A DNA stretch of 63,310 nucleotides, counting the filler, from Collodictyon triciliatum (taxonomy: Eukaryota): NCBI GenBank assembly GCA_043381765.1. It is 15 parts of 15 records of this genome, joined end to end, with 100 filler letters (N's around TTAATTAATTAA, not from the genome) between each part and the next. Parts side by side here need not be neighbours in the genome. Positions count along the whole stretch, not along the records: positions 48,850 to 52,803 come from JBHJMP010006669.1; positions 52,904 to 56,359 come from JBHJMP010006671.1; positions 56,460 to 60,411 come from JBHJMP010006672.1; positions 60,512 to 63,310 come from JBHJMP010006716.1; 11 more parts are not named here. The stretch is one strand, 5' to 3'. Position 1 is the first letter of the stretch. Each line of letters opens with the position of its first letter. Shown here piece by piece: positions 48,975 through 63,310 of this stretch. The notes under the pieces were generated by a model. That model had not been told where the DNA came from. It did not search any database and saw nothing but the letters and a program-made list of their open reading frames with translations. The position numbers and the translations under genes were made by a program.

Positions 48975-51900
48975 AACAATGTGAAATTCGACAACTCTAT
49001 CGTTATGCAAATATATTGTCCTAAATTTAACCTCGCTGAGATCTGCCAAATCAGACACCTCCGGTATCGCCTTTGATGCATTTCTCCAGAGCAATTTCTC
49101 AATGTCTATGAAGAATACAGATCAATTATAAAAATTGTGGAGACATAAGCTCTTATGGAGCAATACTACAAGTAAATCTCTCATAGCACATAATCGGATA
49201 TTATTGTTTGAATCCAGACCTCGAAAAATATTTTTGAATTTCGAGGAAGCATCTTTCTCAGAATCCTATAAAAATCGCAGTCAGAAATGATACAAAACAC
49301 ATAAAACATTATCGTTCTTCTTTCTTTTTTGAAATAACAACTATTTCTCACCTTAAGTAAATAAAGGAAAAAAATTCTCACCTTAAGTATTCTGGCGATA
49401 TCAGACAAAGGTGTTGGTATCATTCTATGACATATGAAAATGATTAATGAATGCAACCTCTCAATAGATCTGGGTTTATTTTTGTTCTATTGAACGTTTG
49501 GTAGCTCACTTTAACGTCCAGTTGTATTGTAAACCTCGATGAAATTCTTGAAATCCTCTGTGTGATATATTGTTCTTGTCGAAGTGAAGAATCTTCAGAA
49601 ATTTATTATTTGACAGCCCCCGACTCAGAGCAAACATTACTTGAGTTTTCAATATGACCCAGTAGGCCGAATCGATATCAGTAGATGTTTTTTTTTTTAA
49701 AAAAAATATGGCTACAGGACAATGACACGATTATGCAAGCTAGAGCTAAATAAGTACACAAATCTCCTGATTGATTTGCAGATATGTCGAGGTCGGTTAT
49801 GCATCGGTTATGAGACAAAGATTCAATAACAGGAATTATATCCTGAATAAAAGGAAAAATTACAATGCTTGAGAAAAATACAGGATTATTTATTTTCTAT
49901 ACGGCCTTTTTTCCTTCAAGATTGTCCAATTCTGTGAATATAATATTTGATGTGTGCCTACGGCGACAATAAATTGATTCACAAACAGTTCTCCAATAGC
50001 TTGAAGTGGAACCACTCAGTGACAGAGTTCGCAATCCAATGCATTTTTCTACATATGAAGCCAAGTATCTTGTAGCATTATTGTATCTATAAAAAAATAA
50101 ATAAATTGATAATGAGGATATTATGTCAAAGTTCTCTGATTCCCTCCAGGGGCCTATTCTAAGCATCAGATTAAAATTGGATGATGGAAACGTTACTTTC
50201 CTTGGTACTTGTAATTGCCTCCAAGATAAAGTCTTTGAAGGTGAATGGCATCTGCAAGCTCCATAACAAGGTTGGCAATACCTATTTTTAAACTTATAAT
50301 TACTCCCTCCCTTTAAGGTAATAATACTAATAGAGAAAAGAGTATAAAAGAATATAAACAAAAGGACCAACAATAAATAAGAAAAGAACCTTCATCTCCA
50401 AGAAGACATTCTGATAAGTCGATGGACACAATTTTCCGTGTTTCTTTTATAATGGAGCCTATGGAACTGGCTGATTGCGGTGTGATGCGATTTCCAGCTA
50501 TTTATTCGATATAGATAATGATTGATAATTAATAACTGAGAGGCGCTAAAATGCAAGAAAATAGTACCAGATATAGTAGACAACCTAATGCAAACATATC
50601 AATCATCACCAAAGTTAACGTGCAAATCACTCAAGTGATTGTCGAATGCGATTGCCTGGAGGATTTGCGCAAATGCTGATTGCGGTAAATCACAATAACT
50701 CACATTTAACTTTTTCAACTTTGAAGCGATCTATTTCAAGTAAATTCGTGCATGAATGAGATATTGCATCGTATTTCTTCAATCACCAAACTGTGGTTGA
50801 TTATGATAAAGATGTCGAGTCTATGAAGTAAAATATTTGGAAGAATTACCATTAAAAAAGATTTCAGAGAATCGACGTCTTGTGTGGTCATTGGATTATT
50901 CGATACGTTCAATTTAACAAGAGTCTCTGCTCTTGTCGTTATTGCTGGAGCAATCACACTTAGCTTTGTGGACTATCGAGTCACATTACCAAGAAAAATG
51001 AAGAAAAAAATCAAGTTAACAGGCTGTTAACTTTTCTCCTACTAAAATACATATGTCTAGAAAGGGATATCATTCTTCAAGCAATTCTATTACCGTGGAG
51101 CAGAGGCTCAAGTATTCCAAAAAATTGGAATGAATAATAAAGTGTGCCAAAGCAATGGACGCTTCCTCTCCGATCGAATTGAAATCAATAGCAACGTGTC
51201 TGACCTTTTGTAGCTTACAGCCAAATTTCTGAATTCAAAATTATTATAAAAAATCAAAAATCAGTACGCTATTCATATACATGAGAAAATAAAGGGGTAA
51301 AGTAATTGTAAAAATGCATAGAAATATAAAGTATATTTCATTCATTCCTTAGTAAAAATAAAAGTGTTTGAATTTTTGGATTCATTTATGTGAATAGCCA
51401 CAATCTAGAATGTTAACACAAACTTCAAAAGAGTTAAATAGTGATGACAGGGATGATGAATCTAATCCATTATTGGAAAGAACTATATGTTCGAGTCCAG
51501 ACTGTGAGTTACATAATGCTTGGCTTAAATGTTGAACACCTACGATTGTGAGAGTGAGAGGTCTTATGAGGGCATCTTATGACTAAAATATTGTTCATAT
51601 TATTTTTAACAAAAATATGATATTACAGCTACTTATAATCAATAGCTATACCAGTTTGGCCAACTAAGTTGTACGATATAACGAATTTAGATATTTTGGA
51701 TTTTGGATTCTGTGATATTTTTTGCATGACGTCCGCCACAAGTTCTTTTTGGACTATTATGAGTGAATAGTTTGGTTAAAGCTAATATCTTGACTGTGCA
51801 TTATTTCATTTTTGTCTCAATATTAGTTTTTATTATTTTAGAAAAATAAGATATATATTGATTTCTGGTCTTTAAAGTAATACTGGCTAAATTCACCTGA

Positions 51901-52620
51901 TAAGTCAACTAATTCCACAGATTCCAAATGGGTAGAGTACTGTAAGCAGTTTCCAAGAGCAATAATAATCTCACGAATCAAGATTCGCTTTCGAATAATT
52001 AGCTCTTTGAACCTGAAGATAATTTAAAGAGAAAAATATAAAAATTGCTATGCTACAAAAACACCAGCCATGAGTTAAGAGGGAAGAAAATATTTATAGA
52101 CCATGTATTATGTGTAAGAGTTTCCATCATAGCCTTCACTTCCTCTGGTGTATCAACCTAGCAGCAAGTTATATGAGAACTTGACCATGTTTAAAAGCTC
52201 ATGTAAATAATATCTTGCACAGGAGACAAGGAGAAGCACATTACTTAATTAAATGTCGTGAAAAAAAAAAACATACGTGCCAATCCTGCACATCCATTCT
52301 TTGGCAGCCACAGGAACCAAGATGACATATAAGTTGCGTGTTCTTCACCAAATTTGACGGAGAACGGCAGTTGTAAAATGTCCAAAAGAAAATTAGAGTG
52401 TGAGAAAACCCAGCACATGGCCCGCAATCTATTATTTAGATAAGAGCCAGGCTAAAATAGCAGCAATTGTAAAAGAGCAGTAGATTGAGAGCATTAAACA
52501 GCGTATGAATTAATAGAAAAAAAGTCGCAATGGTTCACACATAATATTCAATGGAACAATAGGTAAAGAAATATAATGGGATACCTGAAGTCGGATCCGT
52601 CATTTCAATCCTGTTCGATA
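48975..52620 (-). CDS. CARMIL/LRRC16-like LRR protein, partial
   Basis: Many short exons: ETLTHNT/WFKEL, LEHIVLSNNGL, VAIDFNSIGEEAS, LVKLNVSNNPM, LKKLNVSYCDL, LSDLHVNFG, IESLSHNRCITDLDISANQ and LDVKVSYQTFNRT. The order and content fit the CARMIL LRR region. Confidence 0.65.
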
Positions 52621-53440
52621 TTGAGTTCATTAGGAAATATATTCAATCGAAATAATGATTTATTTATTTATTTATTTTTAGAAAAATGTTTGTAAATTTG
52701 AAATATAGACGAAAGGTTGTTTTTTTCCCAGATATCTATGGGTTTTTCTAAGGCATAGCTAATTTCGAGAGTTTATGACATTTATCAAAAAAAAAAAAAA
52801 AAANNNNNNNNNNNNNNNNNNNNNNNNNNNNNNNNNNNNNNNNNNNNTTAATTAATTAANNNNNNNNNNNNNNNNNNNNNNNNNNNNNNNNNNNNNNNNN
52901 NNNAAAAAAAAAAAAAAAAGGAGAAAAAAGTTGAAAAAAAAGTAAGTTAGGCTTTCGTTTTCTTGTTTGTTTTTTTTCTTTTTTTTTTTTTTTTTTTTAA
53001 CCATTCTTTTTGAACAGCGCGCGGCAGAGAGAGGAGACGTGGCGAGTGGCGATTCAAGTCGATTGTGATCAGATCAGAATCAATCAGTCGATCAATCAAT
53101 CCACGAAACTTTCCAATTCACCACAACCAGACCCACGTCTTGCAACTTGTGAAAGAGGGCAAAGCACACAAAAGTCCCGATATGCAGGCACACTCTCTGG
53201 GGGCAGATATGGTGTTTATCATCCCAAACCAACGCATTAATAAGATTGACTGGTCAGAACACAAAAGATGAGCGGATGGAGGCGTGATGGAGCGCACAGA
53301 ATGGAACAAGACTGAGGAACAGACGTTTACGACGGGAAGAAAGGGCGGCGCTGTGTGTGCTTCTCTGTCATCCCTGTGTCTTTCCTTGCCGGGTTTTCAA
53401 GTTAGAACTATAGCTGCTGGAGTCTCTTTCATGAGACAAG

Positions 53441-55590
<2,150 letters not shown>

Positions 55591-56691
55591 TGAGAGGTGT
55601 ATTAGTGTTGTTACCAAAAGAATGTATATGAGCCTTATAGAATAGTAAAATAAAAACAAAAAAGTAAGAAAAGAAGGGCATTTGTCTCTTTAAAAAAAAA
55701 AAAGGTGAGCAGAAAGATAGACCATGGTATCACTTATATTTAAGCGAAGGCATGAAAGCACATGATAAGAGGACTTTGGGGTGAGGAGAGATCATTGTCG
55801 TGGTGAGCGAGCAACAGAACCTGTCAGAGGCAGTTCATATTCGAAATATATATTAATGGTACTTTGTCCTTGGAGCTTTTCATACGAAACCGGTTGTGGT
55901 GGAGATGGCTAGAATAGAGTGTAGTCCTGGGTCTTCAATAAAGGCTGCTGTGTGTCGAGTTGAAATGGTAAAGGGTGGTTGAGACCTGAAAGCAGGGTGA
56001 GCGGTAGTGATTCATAGATGAGCGGTTGCAAATTACAAGAGCCGAAAACATACTTTCTTGTGGATAAATAGGGAATGGTATTATGACTATTGTATGAAAG
56101 CTTTTCAAGGTGGACGAGATACGGTCAGGGCGATATGTGCCCCAAGGCATTAGTTTCTTGTTGTTGGGCGGCACTGCGAAGTTCGATTATTTATTTAATT
56201 TGGTTTTTTTTGGTTTTTTGTGGGTTTTTATTGTTTTTTATTGGTTTTTATTGGTTTTTTTTGGTTTTTATTGGTTTTTATTGGTTTTTATTGGTTTTTA
56301 TTGGTTTTTATTGGTTTTTATTGGTTTTTATTGGTTTTTATTGGTTTTTATTGGTTTTTNNNNNNNNNNNNNNNNNNNNNNNNNNNNNNNNNNNNNNNNN
56401 NNNTTAATTAATTAANNNNNNNNNNNNNNNNNNNNNNNNNNNNNNNNNNNNNNNNNNNNAATAAAAAAAACCAGAATAAAAAAAACCAGAATAAAAAAAA
56501 CCAGAATAAAAAAAACCAGAATAAAAAAAACCAGAATAAAAAAAACCAGAATAAAAAAACCAGAATAAAAAAAAACCAGAATAAATGAAAATAAAACATA
56601 AGCTAGTCCATAAACTGTCCATGTAATTGAACTTGATTACTGGTGATTTGTCTCTTTTTTGAAAAGTTTGAGACATAAAACAAGGGTTGCA

Positions 56692-59600
56692 TCAATCCTT
56701 GTAAACTGTCGTAGTATTCCTGGCCTCTTGAGAGTCTGGAAGATGTAATACTAACATGTTGGAGAATACGCAACAGGATCTACATTTATATAGTTAGCAA
56801 TTTAATTTTGATTTCGTCTGCTGAATACAATCAACGTAAAAAATTTGATCGTTATTCTGCCGTTAAGGGAATGTTACCGATGTGATGTCAGGCGATTGGT
56901 ATCTTGCTTGCCACAGGAAGCGTGGAAGTAAATTAACCCACGACCAGAAAGTCTCGTCACTGATAGCAGATTTATTGCCTGAAATCGAGTCTAAAGTATG
57001 CTTCTGTGGATTTTTTTTTTAAAAAAACTTGTCTGAAAATCTCATAACGAGTTTATATAAATATTTAATCCAGCGATATTCAAATTATACCGTTGTATTG
57101 GGAAAAAAAATTAATTATTTGGCTAAATAAGAAATTAGAATATTTGACAGTGAAGCAAGACCTATGATAAAACAAATCATATGCATCAAACACCTGGATA
57201 ATACTTTCTAGAAGCAGAAGGGACTGTTTCTTTTGACCCGAAATAGGATGGCTACTTTTGAGATATTTTTCGAAAGCCTACCCACACGGTCGCAAGAGAG
57301 CATGAATAATGATTGAGCGAAATGGGGTATTAAACACTTCTTGGTTGATTTAAACCTCAAGACAAGATATTACCTCGGCTAATACATCTCTTTCTTCACC
57401 AATCTTATCAGAGTACCAAAATGTCGGGACTAGTTCAAGCAATTGAGCTCCGTTGGCAAATATATGAGAGTTTGGCTACAGTAATTTTAAATGATCAAAG
57501 TGCAAATATAATATTTTGATCAATTTACTCTCAGGATAATGAAATTATACAGTGTACCATGATTACCTCAGATTCTAATACTTTAATAATGTATTTGAAA
57601 ATATTCTGAAACCATTTTGGCTGCATGGCTGTGTGTTTCGGATTGTAAACATATGTGGACAGAGTGCATATCAAAACGTTTATATTCGATATGATTGCCA
57701 ATGTGCTCTGCATATGTATGGAATTTAATGGTCTCTAGCATGCTTAAATTTACGGTGACTTCTGTTTCTGGTTAAAATAGATGACTCATATAGCACCATA
57801 TTTGTATATGCCAAATTATGTTCCAAGAACTACCTCTTTTGATGACAATGCCGTGAAGGGAAAATATACAAATATGTACTTGTGTATATCTTTTTCAAAC
57901 TTATCTAATTTAACAGACTCGATCATTACAATTTTTTTTTTAGAAATACAAAAGAATTCTTAATTGGCGTCATTTGATCAAAATTTAAGATGAGGCTGTA
58001 AAAATCATTACCAAAAAAAACTTGCGAGTCGTCTGGATTGAGAAATCTAAGAAAGTCAAGAAGATTTGTGGCAATTGTCAATATCTCCTGCATGCATTTT
58101 AACACATCATCGGAGGCATTTCCGGAGAGGACCTCAGCTGGAGAACACTCCAACCAACACTCTAGCATCACTGGAATTATCATGAATACGAATTCCTACA
58201 TTACAAGTATTTCCTTATTGATATCACTATATGAGGATACAAAATCTATGTAAAACAAACGATTAAATCATTGACCCATATATTCGAGTGAAACAGGACA
58301 AATTGAATAGATATATGCATCTAATGCAACCTTGAATTTTTCACTTGTATTTAATTCAAATGTTGTCGTAGATGCTATTGCATTTTGCTTATCGTTCGCT
58401 ACGTGACAAAGTTGATACATCAGATTCAAATTATAAAGTAATTTTCTTCTTCACTGTAATCAATAACAAACATTTATCCAGTATTTGTAGATTTGGATTA
58501 AGCAGAGAAGACAGCTGGGCAATTTCCTTGTAAGACGGAGCGCGCCGACTTTTGCTCAAGAATTCCTTTAGTGATAGCATAATTCAAGGAAGTCAGGGCA
58601 TAAATTAGACAGAAAATGGTTCAACCTAATAAACAATGCCCTTACTTTATTTCCAAAGATGTGATATGTCTGAAGAATTTTCTCATCGTCTTTTTTTTGA
58701 GACTCATTCTAGTAAGGTAATTTTTTTTTTAAAAAAAAAGGGAATTCATAAATGAGATATAAATCACAATTTTAATTGAACCATACTTTGAAAAATTTCT
58801 ACACATAATTTTTTTCTATCAGGTTATTATCACTTTTGGAGAGAGAGGAGGGAATATTCACCTTGAATGTCGAAATAACTTGATTCAAACATATCAGAAT
58901 GGAATGACGAGACTGGAAGCTGGCAGTTTTGGTAGTAGGGTTGACAATCAAGCTTCTTGAGGAAACGTTTCCAGACGAATGGGATTTTGTGCCCTTATCA
59001 GTCCGTGATTCAGGGGAGAGAATGTCCAAGAATAACGGAAGAAGCTATTGAGAGAGAATGTTGCACATGTCATGACTTACATGACTATTTCCTTATAAAT
59101 GATTACATATTTCTGTTCATGTAATTCATACTATCATAATTAAAATATGGATTATTCCATAAAAAATCAAAATAATATCGATGGAATAGTTATTATTTTT
59201 TGATAAGAACTTTATTTGTATAACAAAAACACCAGCAACCTGTCCTCTATTTTCAGAAACAATATTCGGATGGTGTTGTAACAAAACTGAGATAAAATCA
59301 ATCGAATGCAACCGAATGACATCAGCAATATGAGTCATTGCAACGCACAAATATTTGCAGTATACTCCTGCATAAGGACGAAAGCCATCCTGGAAAAGTA
59401 TCGACCGGTCAACGAATTATATGAATCAAGCAAAACATAAAAAGTATTTGTTTAAGACCTTCAGTATGAGATGTTATTTTTAGGATTAAATAACGGGAAA
59501 AAATATACAACAACACACAACAACACATAACAACACACAACACCATACAGCAACATACAACACCATACAACAACATACAACATACAACATACAACATACA

Positions 59601-60254
59601 ACATACAACATACAACATACAACATACAACATACAACATACAACATACAACATACAACATACAACATACAACATACAACAACATACGTAAAACAGAACAA
59701 AACAAAACAAAACAATAATTAGTAATTGCTTTTGACCACACATTTCGCAGATTAATTTATTTTTTTTTTTGTATAAAAAGCAGTTCCTATAGAGTGATAG
59801 TATCATTTGATTGAGGACAACAACCTTTCCTATGCGAGAAAGAAGAATCTTGAAGAGCGAAACCAGAGACAAACGAACAGGTTTCTCCTCATCCATCATC
59901 AAATCAATGGTAGTGTGAAATATACTAGAGAAATTGGGCACGATGACTTCTGGGTGATGCGAAAAAAGCTCTTTCATTCCATTCAAGCTATCTGTAGTTT
60001 ATGTTATTCATCGTTATAAACAGAAAGAAATGGTTCCATATATTGTGGAATGATATCAATTTTTTTTCGTGGGAGCACGTGACTCAAAATGCCGGAATGG
60101 AAAAGTGTATTGCTTTTGGCTTTTGTAAAATACCTTTACGGACATTTGGGCTGTAATGCTTCACTTTGCTGAGGAGTTCTTTCAACGTTTGATTCCTGTG
60201 CGTGACCGGCTCAGTTTTTGCTGTTTCCAAGGGCTGGTTTGGCAGTAGAATTTC
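56692..60254 (-). CDS. TEX10: Pre-rRNA processing protein IPI1 / TEX10, 5' truncated
   Basis: ILLPNQ..VTHRNQTLKELLSKVKHYSPNVRK/DSLNGMKEL, DEEKPVR, AMTHIADVIRLHSIDFISVLL (Ipi1_N-like) and IIPVMLECWLE. Confidence 0.88.
59570..59677. repeat. (ACAACAT)n intronic microsatellite
   Basis: Heptamer run with degenerate flank inside a TEX10 intron. Confidence 0.93.
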
Positions 60255-60593
60255 TGTGATGATGTGCCTTGTGAGCATCATTGCTCACAAATATTCTCTA
60301 ATAAGGTGGGTTAAAAGAGAAAAAAAGAGAGAAAAAAAGAGAGAAAAAAAGAGAGAAAAAAAGAGAGAAAAAAAGAGAGAAAAAAAGAGAGAAAAAAAGA
60401 GAGAAAAAAAGNNNNNNNNNNNNNNNNNNNNNNNNNNNNNNNNNNNNNNNNNNNNTTAATTAATTAANNNNNNNNNNNNNNNNNNNNNNNNNNNNNNNNN
60501 NNNNNNNNNNNAAAGATGGTAGTGCCCGGGAAGGGGGGGGGATTTAGTCTAGAGAGGTGTTTGTTTTTTTGGGGGGGGGGGGGGCTGAAATAC

Positions 60594-62517
60594 CTTTCGG
60601 CAGTCTTCAGTTAGACTAAAGCGGATAAAGGCCTCCTTATCTCCCTTGTTGAAGTCGACGTATCTGACATCCCCGAATTCAAGGAAGGCATCCTGGATAC
60701 AATAAAATGGGAGAAGTAAAAGCATATCACTAGGTGAGAATGTGCTTCTGCAAGGAGCCTCCTTAGGCCTATCTTTACTCAAAACTAGCCAAATCTGGTG
60801 TGGTGTATTTTGTACCTTGATGATTTCGCGGGTCGTGTCTTCTCCCAGGTTGCTGAGGTGCAGGAGGACTCCGGTGGGATGAGACTTCTGAACATGATGA
60901 TGAGAGAGATATGGGTGAGTAAACTAGAACAGAGGCAAGAGGCTGCGGGTGAAGAGGGTGAGTGCTTGGTGAACAAAACAAAAAAAAATGTTTCGGATAT
61001 AGCAATGGCGATTTTCTTTTGTCTTCAAAAAGTGAGTGATGCCTTCTCCACTTCGTCGTCGTCTTCCTCGGCTTTGCTGGAACCACCTTGCTTTTGCGGG
61101 CCTTGTTTGGACTTGCGGCGCTCCTTCTTTTCGACAGCCTTCTCAGCAAAGTAGTCCTCTCTGTGGATCAAACAATAAATAATACTCATGTTCCAACTTC
61201 AAGGTCGCGCTGACTTGTGTTTGCCAAATGCAACATAGATATTTCAATATTATTTATCCTTTACTAAACGATGGAATTTTTCGTTTGGATGTTAAAAAGT
61301 AACAAAAAAAATAAGGACTTGGCTTTAAGAACAAGGGTGGTTTCTTCGTATTTGACGTCTGAAGTGTTCAAACACTTCTCACGTCCTTCTTCTGTGACAA
61401 ACTCGACGAAGAGAGAGTCCTACAATTTTAGGGTTTTATTTTTAGGAGTAACTCAGTTTTGCGAGTTTATTTATTTTATTTATTTATTTTTTGCAGCCCT
61501 GTTTTATACTTAATTTGAGTCTTCTGTAATTACTTCAAAACAGTGTATAAGGGTAATTCGGTATATTCATGAAGTATGGTAAGTGAAATGAAGTTTCAGT
61601 TGAAAAAGAAAAAGAAAAAGGACAAATTTGAACCTTCAGCTCCTCCGACTGATACATCTTGCGAAGACGAATGGCAGCAACTTCACCAAACTGAGAAAAG
61701 AACTGTTGGGCAGCCTCTATGGTGATGGTCTTGGGAAGCCCTTTCTGAGGTAGGTAAAACATATTGTTTTGAGCGAAGTGAGTCGTATCAATATAAAAGA
61801 ATCTTAGATTCAAAGACGCTCCCTTCGGGTTCAAGAGCAGGGAATATTGAAAAGGAATTTCTTACAGCATAGACCGATCTCTTAAGACCGGTGTCGACTT
61901 CCGGCAGAGGGTTGACTCTGCGGACATGAGTGCCGGCTTCGTTCACTTCAAGCTCCTTGCTGTACTTCAGGACGTTTGCTGGATTGCGAGCCGGAACGTA
62001 TTAAGCACAAAATTGTAGAGGGCACAAAGGATGCGAGTTGTATTGGCAGCTTCTGCGCAACGCAAAGTACCTTAAAATGAGGGGGAAACATTGAAGGAGC
62101 GCATACCAATAAGGGCGACATCCTCCGTCATGGCTTTCACCTTGTTGAAGCGCGCAAAGTCGGCGATTTCAACGTCTTATGAGATTTTGTTTGGATAGTT
62201 AGAACAATAAAGAAAGAACCGCACTCCAGCGGCAGGGGGAAGGTGGCGTTCTTTGCGCTAAGAGAAATAGCAAGCGCACAAAAGTCAAGCAAGGGCTTTG
62301 GAGTCCAGAGTTATAGTATTGGAGGGGCCAACAAAAAGGGTGGGGAAGAGAAGGACTTACAGCCTTCAGGATGTGCCTCGGCCTTGGAGCGGAGATAACG
62401 GTCGCGTCGAAAGTTGCTGTCTGAAAAGTAAAACTCGATTTGTTTTAGGACCTTGTATTCCACGGTGCCTTGTCCATAGTCTTCGGGGTTCACTTTCTTG
62501 GTTGCAGATGCGCCCAT
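60594..62517 (-). CDS. SSB: La protein (La motif, RRM1, RRM2), 3' truncated
   Basis: La motif KVLKQIEFYFSDSNFRRDRYL..FARFNKVK. RRM1 RSVYA/KGLP..FFSQFGEV..SLFVEF. Second RRM TTREIIK/DAFLEFGDVRYVDFNKGDKEAFIRF. Confidence 0.92.
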
Positions 62518-63310
62518 TTTGCTTACTTTGCAGGTGGCCTTGTGCTGGTGGGTAAAAAGTGGCTGTGGTTAACATATGTTGGTTTCGGTTGAGAACCAAC
62601 ACGTGTGGATAAGGTGTTAAGTTGGCAAGTTGTCGTCCTTTGCTTTTTCTCTTCAGTTTTTTTTTTCAGCTTAGCGGGTTCTTGTTCTTGTTTAGTTGCT
62701 TGGTTTATCTTTTTCTTCGCTCGAGACTCTGAGAATGAATCAAGAGGGAGGGAGGAAAATGAAAAGAGGTGCCGAAAGTAGAAAAGCAGGTCTTTCTGGA
62801 GCCGATTCCTGAAAACCACCGAGAAATCCTGTTTGGGGCCACACGATCCGTCCTCGGAGGGCTTTACAATTTGTCCTCGGGATTCGAAATGATCTTGGCT
62901 GTTTTGATTATTTGTGGCGAATAATCAATTCCAGTGCGTTGTTCGCTGGGTTTATGTGGGTTTGTGTGTGGTCTCGTCGTAATTAAGGTTGTAACGAAGT
63001 GGTCTTTTTTCTTATTATACCAACTATAGATATTATTTATGGAATTTATATTGTTTATCATTTATTTTGCCATTTTATGAACATAAATTGTAATCATACG
63101 AATCTTATACTGAGAAATCTGTAATACTAGTGTAAGCATAGCGATACGGTGTTGTGGCAACGATAAGAGAACGTGGTAATTGGAAGAAGCACACTGTGAA
63201 AAAGCGGCCTGTGGAATACTCTTTTAGGAGTGCGTGTGTCTTCAAGCAGCGATAAAACCCATTTGACTCTGTGGGGTCTCTTGCTGAGACGACTGCATAC
63301 TTGTCGGGCC

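Noticed and set aside
60594-62517. La gene as a genomic partner of the tRNA/Y-like RNA
   Set aside because: It is on a different, unlinked contig, so co-occurrence in this window is an artefact of concatenation.

Overview
This is eukaryotic (protist-like) DNA, not one continuous locus. About 16 unrelated ~3.95 kb contigs, in roughly decreasing size order, are joined by an artificial N44-TTAATTAATTAA-N44 linker, and almost every contig end falls in a microsatellite. The contigs carry intron-rich (GT-AG) genes, many cut off at contig ends. They include UTP10/HEATR1, a protein ending in a SIN1-type CRIM domain, the 3' end of a PDK1-like gene, an EF-hand-like protein, two SAM methyltransferases, phosphatidylserine decarboxylase and STMP1. 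Further along are a tandem-RUN protein, a PC-esterase-like protein, SPRTN, a coiled-coil protein, an ankyrin-Rh fusion, two LRR proteins (one CARMIL-like), an OTUD5-like deubiquitinase, a polyQ bZIP factor, IPI1/TEX10 and La. The outstanding element is on the minus strand at about 42634-42790: a circularly permuted tRNA-Lys(UUU)-like gene. tRNA positions 29-73 come before positions 1-28, the junction sits inside the anticodon stem (28/29), and the flanks pair into a long bulged stem like that of a Y RNA. A family of very short poly(A)-tailed retroposon ends with target-site duplications is also present. All gene models were read by eye, so exon boundaries are approximate, and family calls rest on recognised motifs rather than database searches.
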